From assembly GCF_009914755.1 (NCBI RefSeq), contig NC_060929.1: a stretch of DNA of 64,000 nucleotides; one strand, 5' to 3'. The notes beneath the pieces were generated by a model. It saw only the letters and a list, made by a program, of their open reading frames with translations, made no database searches and had not been told where the DNA came from. Source of the stretch: the human T2T-CHM13v2.0 reference genome, Homo sapiens. Position numbers and translations under genes: made by a program. Below, piece after piece: positions 24,701 through 37,470 of the stretch; positions within the stretch are counted from its first letter, which is position 1, and every line of letters begins with the position of its first letter.

Positions 24701-27339
24701 GTGGAAGCATGCTAATTGTGTGGGAGAGGTGAAAGATGATTGACAGGGAAGGGGCGGAGGGTGGGAGCCCACACTGAGTGCACAGTTTCATCCTTCCTCA
24801 GGCTCTGCTTGTCATGGCTGAAATCCCCTGGACTGCATTGGGACCATACTGCTGAGAGTCTGGTTGCTGGGCTTCAGCTGACAGAACATCAGAGCCCCAG
24901 GATGGGATAGCCACAAGTTGGGAAGGTGAGGCAGGGTGAGGGGCTTGATGATGGGGAGCAGGCAGAAAGAACAGGCTGCAGAGCTAGGGCTGCTGGAGCC
25001 TGATGTCTGGTCCAAGTTCCAGCTCCTCCACTCATGGGGTGAGCTGGGGCAAGTCACTTCACTCTCTGAGCCTCAGTTTCCTCATCAGAACAATGGGCCT
25101 GTACACTAAGCATTATCCACCCCAAATCCTAGAAGCCTGCCTTCTCCTCCTGGCTCTGGGAAGTTGACCATTGGAGGCCTGGGACACTGGCCTGTCTGGA
25201 GGCTGGGGAAGTATGAGACGACCCCTTCTTCCCTTCCCTGCGCCCAGAAGGCCTGACTTGTCCTACTGCACCCCTCCCATCACAGTGATCTGTGTGGGCT
25301 CATAACAACATAAGCTAGACGGTGATCCTGTATCACCTTCCTGCATTCTGGGAGGCTCGGCCTCCAACTCCCAGACCAGGGAATGGTCTCCACTCCTCCA
25401 ATCCTTCCCAGGTTCAGAAGCAGGAATGGGGGAAGTCCTGCCTGTCCCCTCTCTGACTTTACTTTCCCTTTCTAGAGCAGGGGTATTCTGGGATGGGAGG
25501 ACTGAGTGTCCCTGCTGCCTGGTCCTCAGAGTTGGCTAGCTCCCCCCATGCCCCTCATTCCCCCGCCTGCTCGCCTGTAGAGCTGTGGCCCGGGCAGCTG
25601 TCCGGCTGAGTGGGTTAGCAACACAAGACAGATGGCGAGGGATTATCTCAGCTTCTCAGAGCACGATGGTGGCAGCGGCGGGGGTGGGGGGAAGGCTCTC
25701 ACACCCTCCCCATGTGTGTGTACACACACACACACAAATGCACACATGCAGCTCCCCGCTCCTGCCCCAGACCCAGCCCAGCCTCCTGCTATTTATGAGG
25801 CGGGCAGGAAGACAAGAGGAGAGATGAGATTATGAGAATTGGTGAGAACCGTGGGACTTGGCAATCTTGTCCCTGCCCCACTTGGCTCCCAGACCACAGG
25901 CTGAACCAGCTTCTCAGGCCCTTCTTGGACCCTGCCCCTGCTATTGTGATTTCTCTGCAGCTGCCACCACTGGGAATGGTACATTCAGGAGGGCATGGTT
26001 TTACAGAGAAGTTTGAGGCCCAGAGATGTGCGAGCTGCACTCAAAGTCACACAGCAAGTTTGGTTCATTAGCAGGGTAAGTTCTGGGGGGTGGCAGGTGG
26101 TGGAGTCTCTTAGCTGTCCTGGCACTGGCTGTGGGGTCCTTGGGTCTTCTGCAAACAAGGTGTTTGCCCTAGCACTTGATGCTGCAGCCCAAGGTCCCAC
26201 AGGGGCATGTCACAAGGCCAGCTGCTGGCACGCAAGTACTCACAGGCACAGCCTCTTGTTCATATACACTGTCAGGCTCTGGGTGAAGGCTATGTAGAGT
26301 TGAGTGACAGAGCTGGGTCTCCAGGCTGTGTCACTGTGAAAGAATTGGGGCAGGGTTAGAACCCCACTAGAGTGAATTCTCCTACCTGTCCCTCAATTTG
26401 CCACAGGCAGATGGTGGAGGGACTTTCCAGCCTCGGCCACACACTCAGGCCCCCCTACCACCACATTTGCCCATTAACAGCCCCACTCCAAGTCCTGAGT
26501 CATCTATGCTGAGTCGCCTGGGGAGGAGTGTGGGCCAGGAGACTGGGCAGGATTTGCGAATGGCAACCCCAGGGGGCCCTTTTCCCAGCATGGGTGGGCG
26601 GGGCCGACGCAGTGGGGAAGGCAGGGTGGAGGCCTTCTGAGAGAACTTCTCTGCTCCTAGCTGCCAATGTCCTGACTTCGCCCCCGTCCCCAAGAGTGAC
26701 TCAGTGTCTGCTGGATGCGGTAGTGCGGGTGCGGGGCAGTGCGGAGCTGCTGCGGGTTGCCCAGTGCCACTCCCTTCAGAGCAAACCCACTTCTTGAGGC
26801 CCCGAGGCCCCCGCCTGGGGGTCTCCTGTGTTCACGTGTGCCTGCCCAGGCTGTCAAGTGAAACATGACCTCAGGGTCAGCCTGGCCTGCCTCTGGGGCT
26901 GCATTATTTGCGGGGTTTCCAACATGATGGTACCACCCACACTGTCCGGTCACAAACAAGACCGACACCGCCAGGTTTACCTGCTCCTGCCCCCTCAAAC
27001 CATTGAATCAGCCCCTCTCTTGCTATTGGATGAGAGGGGTTGCCAGGACCAAGCCCCTCCTCCCCACCGCCAAGGTGACCACACGTCTAGGTATCAGGGG
27101 TGGTGGGCCCACTGCAGAGCGCTAGGCCGAACTCATCTCCTGGATCCAGGCCAAGCTCCACCTCTCTGTCTCTCCAGACTCAAGTTGGTCATTTGTATCG
27201 TGAAAGCTGGACAAAACTATATCTAAGCTCCCCATCTTCCCTCAAAGCTTGGCCTGGGGAGCCCTACATGAAACCTTGGAGCTTCTGAGCCTTCCCCCAC
27301 CCCCAGCGGGGGGCTTTTCGTTCTGTGAAGGTCTCAAAG

Positions 27340-29905
27340 TAACATTCTAAAGAGGCACCGTGAGAGCCAATCAGAGAGCCCATGTAAATAACGGCCCGCT
27401 GATTGGCTGTCTCCTTCACGCCCTGAACGAAACTTCAACTTCATCAACTCAGCGAAGATTTTTTCCTCTGGCCTCGCGCGCCCTGCAGAAGGCGGGGCTG
27501 GGGGGTCACCCGAGCCTTCTCCCTGCCGCAGGCTACCTGGGCCCGCCGAATGGGATCGCGCTGGGACAGGCGGGGGCGAGTGTGCCGCCCTGACCCTGGC
27601 CCCGGGGGTGTTATTCTGGTACAGAATCCCCCGCGGGGGAGGCCCGAGAAGTGAGGCACCCCCGCTTCTTTGTAGGACCGCCACAGAACGGGCTGCAGGC
27701 CGCGAGTATAGAGCTTGGCTGGGCGGGATCGATATCTGCCCGCTGGACTGATGCGCGAGGGAGGCTGCTAGACAGGCTGGCTTTGCGGCAGTGTGATGGC
27801 CGCGCAGCACCCCCTGACCCCCACGGCTCCCCAACCCCGCCATTCCCTTCATCTAGCGCTCCCGGGGAAGCCGAGGCGGGCAAGTGGCGTAGCGATGGAG
27901 GGCGCACCCAGGGGCAGCGACGCTCCCTCGCTCTGGCTCCCAGCCCTGGTGGTGGGTGCAGGAGTGAGGGTAGCCCAGGGTCGCACCCTGCTCCCAACCT
28001 CGGCTCGTCCCCACCCTCCACGGTCGTCCGCAGCTCGAGGCAGCCTGCATTTCTGCCAGTATCCTGTCCCCTCGCCCGGTCCTTCGCCCTCCTCCCACTT
28101 TCATTGTGTGTCTCCTCTCTGGCTCTGAGGTTCCTCCTCCCTCCCTTCTCTCTCTGGGTGTCTCCGTGTCTATCTCCACATCTCCATCTCCATTTCTTTC
28201 TCTGCCTGTCTCTGTCTCTAGCTGTCTCTGTCCCTCAGTCTCTGCTCAGGTCTCCGCTCGCCTCTTGCTCATTTTCGTTCCTCTCTTTGTCTGTCTGACT
28301 CTCTCTTGTCTCCCCCCCTTCAGTTACCCCCAACCCCCCGCACACACACACACCTCACAGCCCTGTTTACGACATCCCCTGGGCTGGCAGGTGGGCGGGG
28401 CTGCAGCAGAGCGGGGGTGAGAGAGGGAGACGCAGCCTCCCCCCCAGCTGTTAACCTTCACGCTTCAGGCCTCTGCGGATGGCAGAGGAGGGGGAAAGCC
28501 CAGCTGCCAGCTTGGCGGAGGTGACCGGGCGGGGGCTGGGGGCTGTCCCTCCCTCTGGGCTCGTCTCTGGGGAGATCTGGGGCCGGAAGGAATGTGGTGG
28601 AGGGCGCCTTCGGCTGAGGAAGGCTGTTGCCGGATGGGTGGCCTCCTGAAGGCTTGTGCTGGCGAGGCGGGTGCCCAAAGGGGGCTCTGAGCGGTGTCGG
28701 CCCTGCCCGCAGCCCGGCCGGACGTGGGGGCCGGCGTGAGAATCCCGCCCATCTGTGAGCCGGCCTCACGCCGTCAGACCCAATTTATCTCGCCGCCAAA
28801 GTTTCACAGCCATCTGCTCGAGTGGAACGGCTTCCAGCGCTGGCCCCACCGGGCCCCCCAGCCAGCGCGGGGATGTTTTCCAATACGACAGCATCGCCCC
28901 GCCAAAGCAAGGAGGGGGTGTAGGGGGAGGCGGCAGAGCGCGGTGCGCGGGGCTGGCAGGCAGCCCTCTCCCGCGAGCGAGCCGACCCTGAATTTTAAGC
29001 GATTGATCAGGAAGCTCAGGCCGTTCCCATCACTTTGAGCAGCCAAATGCGACGGCGCAGGGATTTCAAGGGGCCTTTGCGGAGGCGGTAATGAGGTCAC
29101 CGTCACTGCGCCAGCCCGCGGGCGGGAGGGGGCGAAGGTCTGCGGACACGTGTGAACACAGCCTGTGAACCGAGCCACATCTGTATTCACGTGACCCCCG
29201 GGGCCCCAGCACTGACCCAGGAAAACTCGGCATTTGGATCTGAGCTGATTCACACTCCCCCGCCCCCACCCCACCTACCCAGCCAGACACGGTTCGAGAG
29301 GCTGAGCTAGAACCCAGCCCTGCCACATCCATGATTCCATGATCACCTCAGACAGCTTCAGCACAAGAGCCCCAACTCTCTTCTCCTCCCCGCTATGTGC
29401 CTAAAATACACATATTTGGGCACCTGCCCATTGCACTTCTGAACAAGCCTGTGGAGACAGATGTACCCTAGGCCCCCGGTAATCACACAGGTGCACACAT
29501 TCCAATTACACACCTGACCGCAATGCTCGTGCATTAGTACACTCCCAACCACCACCACTACCACCCCCAAACATGCACACAGGTACTCCATCATTTTCAA
29601 GCCAGCACCCAGCAACACACGAGCCCCCAAACTCCCCTCCCCCGGGCGAACTCATGTGCACACTCATTCCCAAGACCCCGAGCTTGCTGCCATGTCCGCG
29701 CGGGTGGGCGCCTCCACTGCCCGCCAGGCAGCGCGGGTGCAGACCTCGAAGAGAACAAAGGCCGGGCAGGTGGGAGGGAGGGGCGCTGAGCCCCCGGCCC
29801 GTCCTCCTAGGCAATGCTCGTCTGTCTCGGCTCCGCGGCCACCGCATCGAGCGGCTCTGATTGCCGAGTAAATCACCGCGATGATCTGAATAATTATCGT
29901 CTCCT
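27340..29905. promoter_or_regulatory. Large composite CpG island (sub-islands ~27340-28080, ~28360-29300, ~29620-29900); candidate promoter/enhancer
   Basis: Very high GC and CpG density, no Alus, inverted CCAAT boxes at 27365-27408, GC boxes and multiple E-boxes. Confidence 0.85.
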
Positions 29906-30787
29906 GAAAAGGGAAAAAACAGAGAATAAATAAAGAGAGAAGGGAGCAGTCACCTGATTTCTAGGAGCCCTGGGGTATGTTGGGGGGGGTGAATACATAG
30001 GGGTGGGTGTCAGTGGCCCCCTGCGGATCCTCGGGACTTCTGTTGGGATGGAGTGCAGGTGGGATGGGCCTCAGGGCAGACAGTCCTTCCTTAAAGGTGG
30101 CAGTTAGCATCCAGTCTCCCCCTTCGTCTCCCCAGGGTAAGTCAGGCCCCCTGGAGCACCCAACCGACCCCAGCTGGCTTCTCTGCTTCTTACACACTCA
30201 GGCCCACCTGACCTGTAGGGCACCCTCCTGTTCCAGGGCTTTGCTCAGTCGGTTCCCCCCTAGCATGCCCTCTACCCACCACTCTGGCTGGCTTCACTCT
30301 CCCATCTCTGAAGTTCAGCCCCAGGTTACTTCCTCTGAGAACTTCTTCCTGACTGCCCAGCCCTCCAGGATCCTTCTCTCCCAGAGTTCCAGTGTCTGAT
30401 TGCATTTTCTCTGACTGATTTGGGTGTGTTGTCCTGATCTTCTCAGCTGGATGGCAGCTTTGGTGGAAGCAGCTATGTTTTAAACAAAGCAGTAATAGTA
30501 GCAACAGCAGCAGCCACTGCCCCATTCTGAGCAGCTAGGATGTGCTGGCCCTGTGCCAAAACATCATCTCACCATGGATCCTCCCCAGAATCCTGTGTGG
30601 AAAGTAATGTCTCCATTTAAATAATGGGGAAACTGAGGCGTACCAAGAGTGAAGCTTGGATTCCTTTCCTCAGGGATGAAGATGCTGGTCATCTACGGTA
30701 TCCTTTCTGCAGTTGTCCCCTGATCCCACATATTGGAGGAGTTGCTTCTCTTCCAGTGCTGGGCACCAAGACACAATTACCTCAACT

Positions 30788-31430
30788 GGCTGGGCACAGT
30801 GGCTCATGCCTGTAATCCTAACACTTTGGGAGGCCGAGGTGGGCAGATTGCTTGAGCCTAGGAGTTTGAGACCAGCTTGGGCAACATGACAGAACACCAT
30901 CTCTACAAAACAAACAAACAAACAAAAACAAACAAACAAATGAAAAACACCAAAAATTAGCTGGTATGGTGGTGTGAGCATATAGTTCCAGCAACTTGGG
31001 AGGCTGAAGAAGAAGGATGGTTTGAACCCAGGAGGTTGAGGCAGTGAGCCGTGATTGTGCCACTATACTCAAGCCTGGGCAACAGATCGAGACCGTCTTA
31101 AAAAAAAAAAAAAACCAGGCTGGGTGTGGTGGCTCATGCCTGTAATCCCAGCACTTTGGGAGGCCGAGGTGGGTGGATCACGAGGTCAGGAAATAGAGAC
31201 CATCCTGGCTAACACGGTGAAACCCCGTCTCTACTAAAAATACAAAAAAATTAGCCAGGTGTAGTGGCAGGCGCCTGTAGTCCCAGCTACTCAGAGGCTG
31301 AGGCAGGAGAATGGGGTGAACCCAGGAGGCTGAGCTTGCAGTGAGCTGAGATCATGCCACTGCACTCCAGCCTGGGCGACAGAGCAAGACTCCATCTCAA
31401 AAACAAAAAAACAAAACAAAAAAAAACCCA
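30788..31430 (+). mobile_element. Two tandem Alus
   Basis: Alu consensus with A-tails at ~30788-31115 and ~31118-31430. Confidence 0.95.
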
Positions 31431-32862
31431 AAATATGAATATCTCAACTCCAAACTGCCCAGCCTCCACCAGCCCTGCCCATTCCTGTTGCTCCCTCTCC
31501 TCCCTTTTCCTAGCCTCAGGAGGGCTGCCCTCCATGCATTGTAACCCCCAACCTTCCAAAGGGCATGACCCTTCCCCATAGCCACATCATCAAAGGAGGG
31601 GCAGCTCAGCCTTATGCTTCTGCCTGAAATGGTTCCAGATGTGGGGCCTGCAGAAAAGGCAGGGTGAAGGTTCAGCACAAAGCTAGGTTTCCTCCTGGAG
31701 GTTGCCCTAGGGGAGGCCCAAGCCCCTCCCACCCCTGGCACCTGGTCAGTAAATGAGAGCAGAACAAGGCCACTGATGGGATGATGGTTCAGGGAAAGAG
31801 TCTGTCAAGAGCCTGGGGAAGAGGAACCCTTGTGGGGCCTGGGTGTCTGGGGCAAGAGGGAGGCTGAAGCCCATTCTGGGTTTGCATTCCTCACTCTATC
31901 CAGCCTTGCTGGATCTGAGGCCTGGGGCAACTTCCAGGGTGGGGTTCTCCAGGCTGAGCAAGGAGGCCCAGGACTGAGCGATTTAGATCCCTCCTACTAC
32001 TCCTCAAAGAAATGCCATTATAGATGGGGGAAACTAAGCCCAGGGCTCCAAATTGGCTCCTGACTAATGGTTCCTGTGCAGGCCTCTCCCATGGGGATCC
32101 TTATTCAGGGCCCCAAATGTTCCTGGGGGCATGGCAGGGTCTGGATATCACTGTGGCTTGGGTAGAGGAGGGACAGGTGAGACATGATGCTGGTCTAGAG
32201 ATACATCCAGGTGGTTCAGCTCTGGGTATGAATGAAGATGAGGCAGAGCCCAGCCTAGCTCTGGGAAAATCTCAGCTCCTACTCCACAGTCTTCTGGGAC
32301 TCAAGACAGCACCTCCTGCCTGAGAGGGGGGCGGAGGTGGCCAGTATCCTTGGGATGGTTCACAAACTCCTCTCCCCACCCCAAGCTCCCTTCTGCCAGC
32401 TACTCTTGGTTCCCTACTTAGATATTTCTTTGGCATCTACTGTGTGCTGGCCCTAGGGGCACAGCAGCCTGGGGTTCAGAGAGTGCCCAGGCAGATGGGG
32501 AGGCATACCCACCCACCTACACATACTCACACAGACTCTCCTCCCACCCCCTTCAAGTGTGACCAACTGGGAACCCTGGGGAAACAGTAATGAATGTGGC
32601 AAGACCTTTGCAATTAGACAAACCCAGGTTCAGACCCTGGCTCTACTTTACTTGTTGAGAGCAAGTCAATGAGCCTCAGTTTTGGTATCTACAAAGTGGA
32701 AATTGTAATAGTGCGTGTTTCACAGTGTGCCTGTGAGCGTTCTGTGAGATAATTGAGATGTCGATGCTCATCACCGCCCATCATCAGGGAAGGAGAGATG
32801 ACCTCCAAGGTTGCTCTTTGGCCACTCTAGGACAGTGTTTCCATGGCATGGCTAGGGTCCAG

Positions 32863-33166
32863 CCTTTTTTTTTTTTTTTTTTTTTGAGACAGGGTCTCGT
32901 TCTGTCACCCAGGCTGGAGTGCTGTAGCATGATCTCTGCTCACTGCAGCCTCAACCTTCTAGACTCAGCAATCCTCCCACCTCAGCTTCCCAAGTAGCTG
33001 GGACTATAGGCATGTGTCACCATGCCCGGCTAATGTTAAATTTTTTTGTAGAGACTGGGTCTTCCTATGTTGTCCAGGCAGGTCTGGAACTCCCGACCTC
33101 AGGTAATCTTCTCACCTTAGCCTCCAAAAGTGCTGGGATTACAGGTGTGAGCCACTGCACCCAGCC
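32863..33166 (-). mobile_element. Alu (older, J-like)
   Basis: Antisense Alu flanked by TSD GTCCAGCCT. Confidence 0.93.
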
Positions 33167-33399
33167 AGTCCAGCCTCTTGACTCAGTGGTGGAGGTGGTT
33201 GTCCTTGGCAGATCCTCGACACTGCCAAGCCCCTCACACTCCTCAAAGCTTAGTTCTCCTACTGGTCACGTCTCTCTCTACTAGGTTCCTCTGGCTCTCA
33301 CTCTCTCTCTGCCGGCCCATAATTCCATCCATCCATGTCTCTTTTTCTGTTTCTGCCTCTCCCTAAAAACATATAACTCTCCCCCTACCATAAGAACAC

Positions 33400-33830
33400 C
33401 CTTCCACTCCCACCCACACATCCAGCCCAGCTCAACTCATCACCAGCATGCACTGTCACCTGGGTGCACACAGGCAAGGAGACATACAGAGGCAAAGCGA
33501 TGGAGAGACACAATCACGCACACACTCACACTCAAGTGCACATGGGCACGAGGACAGCCACCCATCCAACACACACACAAGTGCACACACAGCACAAATA
33601 GGCATGAACAGGTGCATACAGATGCACCTGGTGACAAACACACAAGGACATTGGAGCATATTGCATATGCAAGAGTCCACAGGCATGTATACTCTCCCCC
33701 CACCACAGGCACACATAGGTCAGGCACAGACAGGTACACACAGGCACAGAAACACACACAAGGGCACACAAGCACATCTGCACAGTAAGACACAGGCACA
33801 CACATACACACACGTAGGCACACACAAGCT
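33400..33830 (+). repeat. Degenerate CA-rich low-complexity block
   Basis: Dense CACA/ACAC words. Gives the spurious His/Thr-rich ORF 33448-33999. Confidence 0.75.
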
Positions 33831-34889
33831 CTCGCCCCCAGCCCCCCTCAGAGAGCTGGCTGCCCGCCAAGCGCGGAGCTTTCTGCTGGGTGTGCACAAC
33901 CTTTCACAGGCTCTAATTGAGTCGAGGGTGATTTATAACACGGCAGCGCCCCTGCCCGCGTGGGCTGCCCCTCCTGCTACAACCCTGGCCAGTCTTTGAC
34001 CACCCCCTCCGCCCCCTACCCCCCATAAAGCATCACATGCACAGGCCCCTTTGAGGGAGAAAGGGGCATTTTCTTCCTTGCCACCAGCTCCTGTCTTCAT
34101 TCTTGCCTTTCTCCTGGGCTAGACACTGGATTCCAAGAAGTTATGACTCAACCCACCCATCCCACCACCATCAGCAAACTCAGTGTTACTCAGCCCAGCC
34201 ATTGGGAGACCAATCTAACTAACCTGCCTGATTAGAGACAGCCAGGACCCTGACTGCAGATCCCACGTGCTTCCTGAGCTGCAGTGCGAGAAACGGGATT
34301 TGGACACGAGAAGGGACTTGCCCAGTGAGCTGGGGCTGCAGGATGGGTGCTGATTAGCAGGGTATAGGAAAGCCTCCATTCAGGGCCATGGGGGAGGAGA
34401 AGGCCACCAATAACCTTGTTTCATGCCCCTCCATGCTTTTGGGTAACTGAGCTGTGACCCTCCCTCCCAGCTGTCCCCATGGCCAGTGTGGCTGGGCCTG
34501 TGATTAACTGCATTAATTAGGCTCTGAGGTTTGGCTCATAAAGTCCCCTTATCCACCTAAGAAGGAATGACAGTGAGGACTTTTGTCCTAGTGGGAGGGG
34601 TGTATGCATCCTGACCCCTCACTTTTGACCCTAACATGGACCATCAGCTCTAGCCATGGCCCATGAACTCAGCCTAAGAGCTATTTCATCCTCCCAGAAG
34701 CATCTTGTGTTGGATGCTGATGCTGTTAACCCATTTGACAGTGAAGGCAACCAAGGCCCAGAGAGGCCAAGCCCTAGAGACTGATCCCACAGGAGTCCCA
34801 TCCTGCTCTCAGGACGCCTGCTGCATGTGGAGCTGCTTTTTGGAGCAGGAAAGGCTCCTTGGAAAGGCTATACCTCCCTGTTCCCAGAG

Positions 34890-36104
<1,215 letters not shown>

Positions 36105-36707
36105 TTATTGAGTCGCAGACAGTCCCGTAGGGGAGGAGTTGAACCCCATTTTATAGACGAACAAAACTGAAATTCTGACAGTTTAAGCCATCTGCCCCAG
36201 CCTCATGGATTTGAGGCAGCGCCACCCACGCCCCTTCCCACTGTCAGGTCCTGGGTAGGTAGATGGATCCTCTGGGGTCTGTGTTCCAGCGACGCCACCT
36301 CATCTCTGCTGTGGGTCAACCCAGTCTTGGGCTCTCGCTCGAATACACTTGAACATGTGTGAGTGTGGGTGTGAAATGGGTGGCTGAGAGGGTATATAGG
36401 GTGTGTTCCAGAGACGCTAGTGGGGAGGGGATTTGTGCTTTGATGTGTGCGTGTCCCAGCATGCCTGGGTGTTTGTGTGCGTGGGTATCTTTGGGACATG
36501 TTATGGGGTGCTGGTCTCTATATTGTTGCATGTTTGTGTTTGTAGCTCTGCCTGCGTCATTCTGTGTCCCTCTCTGCACAGCTTGTGTGATGTGTGTATG
36601 TCCCTGGGAGCCTCCTCCCTATTTGTCTCTGTGTGTGTGTATCTTTGATATGTCTGTGTCTGTCCTGCTTCTGGGTGTGTTTCCGTGTGAGCATCTCTGC
36701 GGCCCTG

Positions 36708-36708
<1 letters not shown>

Positions 36709-36744
<36 letters not shown>

Positions 36745-36748
36745 CATG
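36709..36748. repeat. (TG)15(CG)3 microsatellite within a TG-rich block (~36340-36900)
   Basis: Read directly: 15 TG units followed by CGCGCGCATG. Confidence 0.95.
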
Positions 36749-36903
36749 AGGCTCCGTGCCTGTTTCCGAAGTGACTCTAGGTGCCACAGTGTGTGATGCT
36801 GTGACTGTGTCTCTGTGTGTGACTGTGTGTGAGACTGTAACTGTTCTGTGTGTATGCGACACACCGTGTGCGTGACTAAATGGTGCTGTCTGTGTGACTG
36901 TTT

Positions 36904-37036
36904 CAGGACCTGGACTAGCGTCGGCACAAAATTTAAGGGGGCTCCAACAAATCTCAGTAATTAGGAAAAATATTTTCGTATACTTAAAAAAAACACAATG
37001 CAAAAAATGATGAAAATAGACTATTAAAGACAGGTT
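36904..37036 (+). mobile_element. MER96B-like hAT DNA transposon 5' fragment
   Basis: CAGGACCTGGACTAG...GCACAAAATTTAAGGGGGCTCCAACAAATCTCAGTAAT...TAAAGACAGG resembles the recalled MER96B consensus. Confidence 0.6.
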
Positions 37037-37069
37037 CAGTGTATGTGCCTATCCGTGTGGCTGTGTCTG

Positions 37070-37470
37070 TGCCTCCGCTAGTGTCCCCGCGGCTGCCGTC
37101 CGCCCTCCCGCGCCCCGCCAGGTGAGCGCAGCCCCCACCCCCAGTCACACTGCTCTGGGCTGAGCCTCGGTAATTTCCGAGTCGGCGGCGGCTTTGTGTG
37201 CACCGGCCGCGGTCTGGGGGCGGGGAGGGAAGGGAGGGTTATTTCTCCCCCCTCTTCCTTTTTATTGGGTCATTAACAACGGCTCGGACTGCCGCTGCGC
37301 CCCCCCTTTCATGTCTGCCGCGCCTCCCGCCATTATCTGCCTCCGCCGCGCGGCGTAATTCGATGCCAATCAGGTTGGGGCGCAGAGGCAGCCGGATCAA
37401 AGCCGGGGCCGCGGCGCTGGAGGGAGTGGGGTTGGGGAGCAGGCTGCGCTCCCCCGGGGTCGGGGCACCC
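37070..37470. promoter_or_regulatory. CpG island with HOX13/CDX, CCAAT and TCF/LEF motifs
   Basis: High CpG density; TTTTATTGG 37260-37268, GCCAATCAG 37365-37373, GATCAAAG 37395-37402. Confidence 0.8.

Noticed and set aside
25594-25612. REST/NRSE-like GCTGTCC..GCTGA (similar half-sites near 42975 and 58080)
   Set aside because: Half-site spacing and sequence do not fit the canonical 21-bp RE1.
27651-28298. 215-aa ORF in the CpG island (similarly 37198-37794, 45167-45745, 46544-47233)
   Set aside because: Stop-codon scarcity in GC-rich or CT-rich DNA; low-complexity Pro/Arg/Gly/Ser/Leu products with no family resemblance.
33448-33999. His/Thr-rich 183-aa ORF
   Set aside because: Translation of a degenerate CA repeat.
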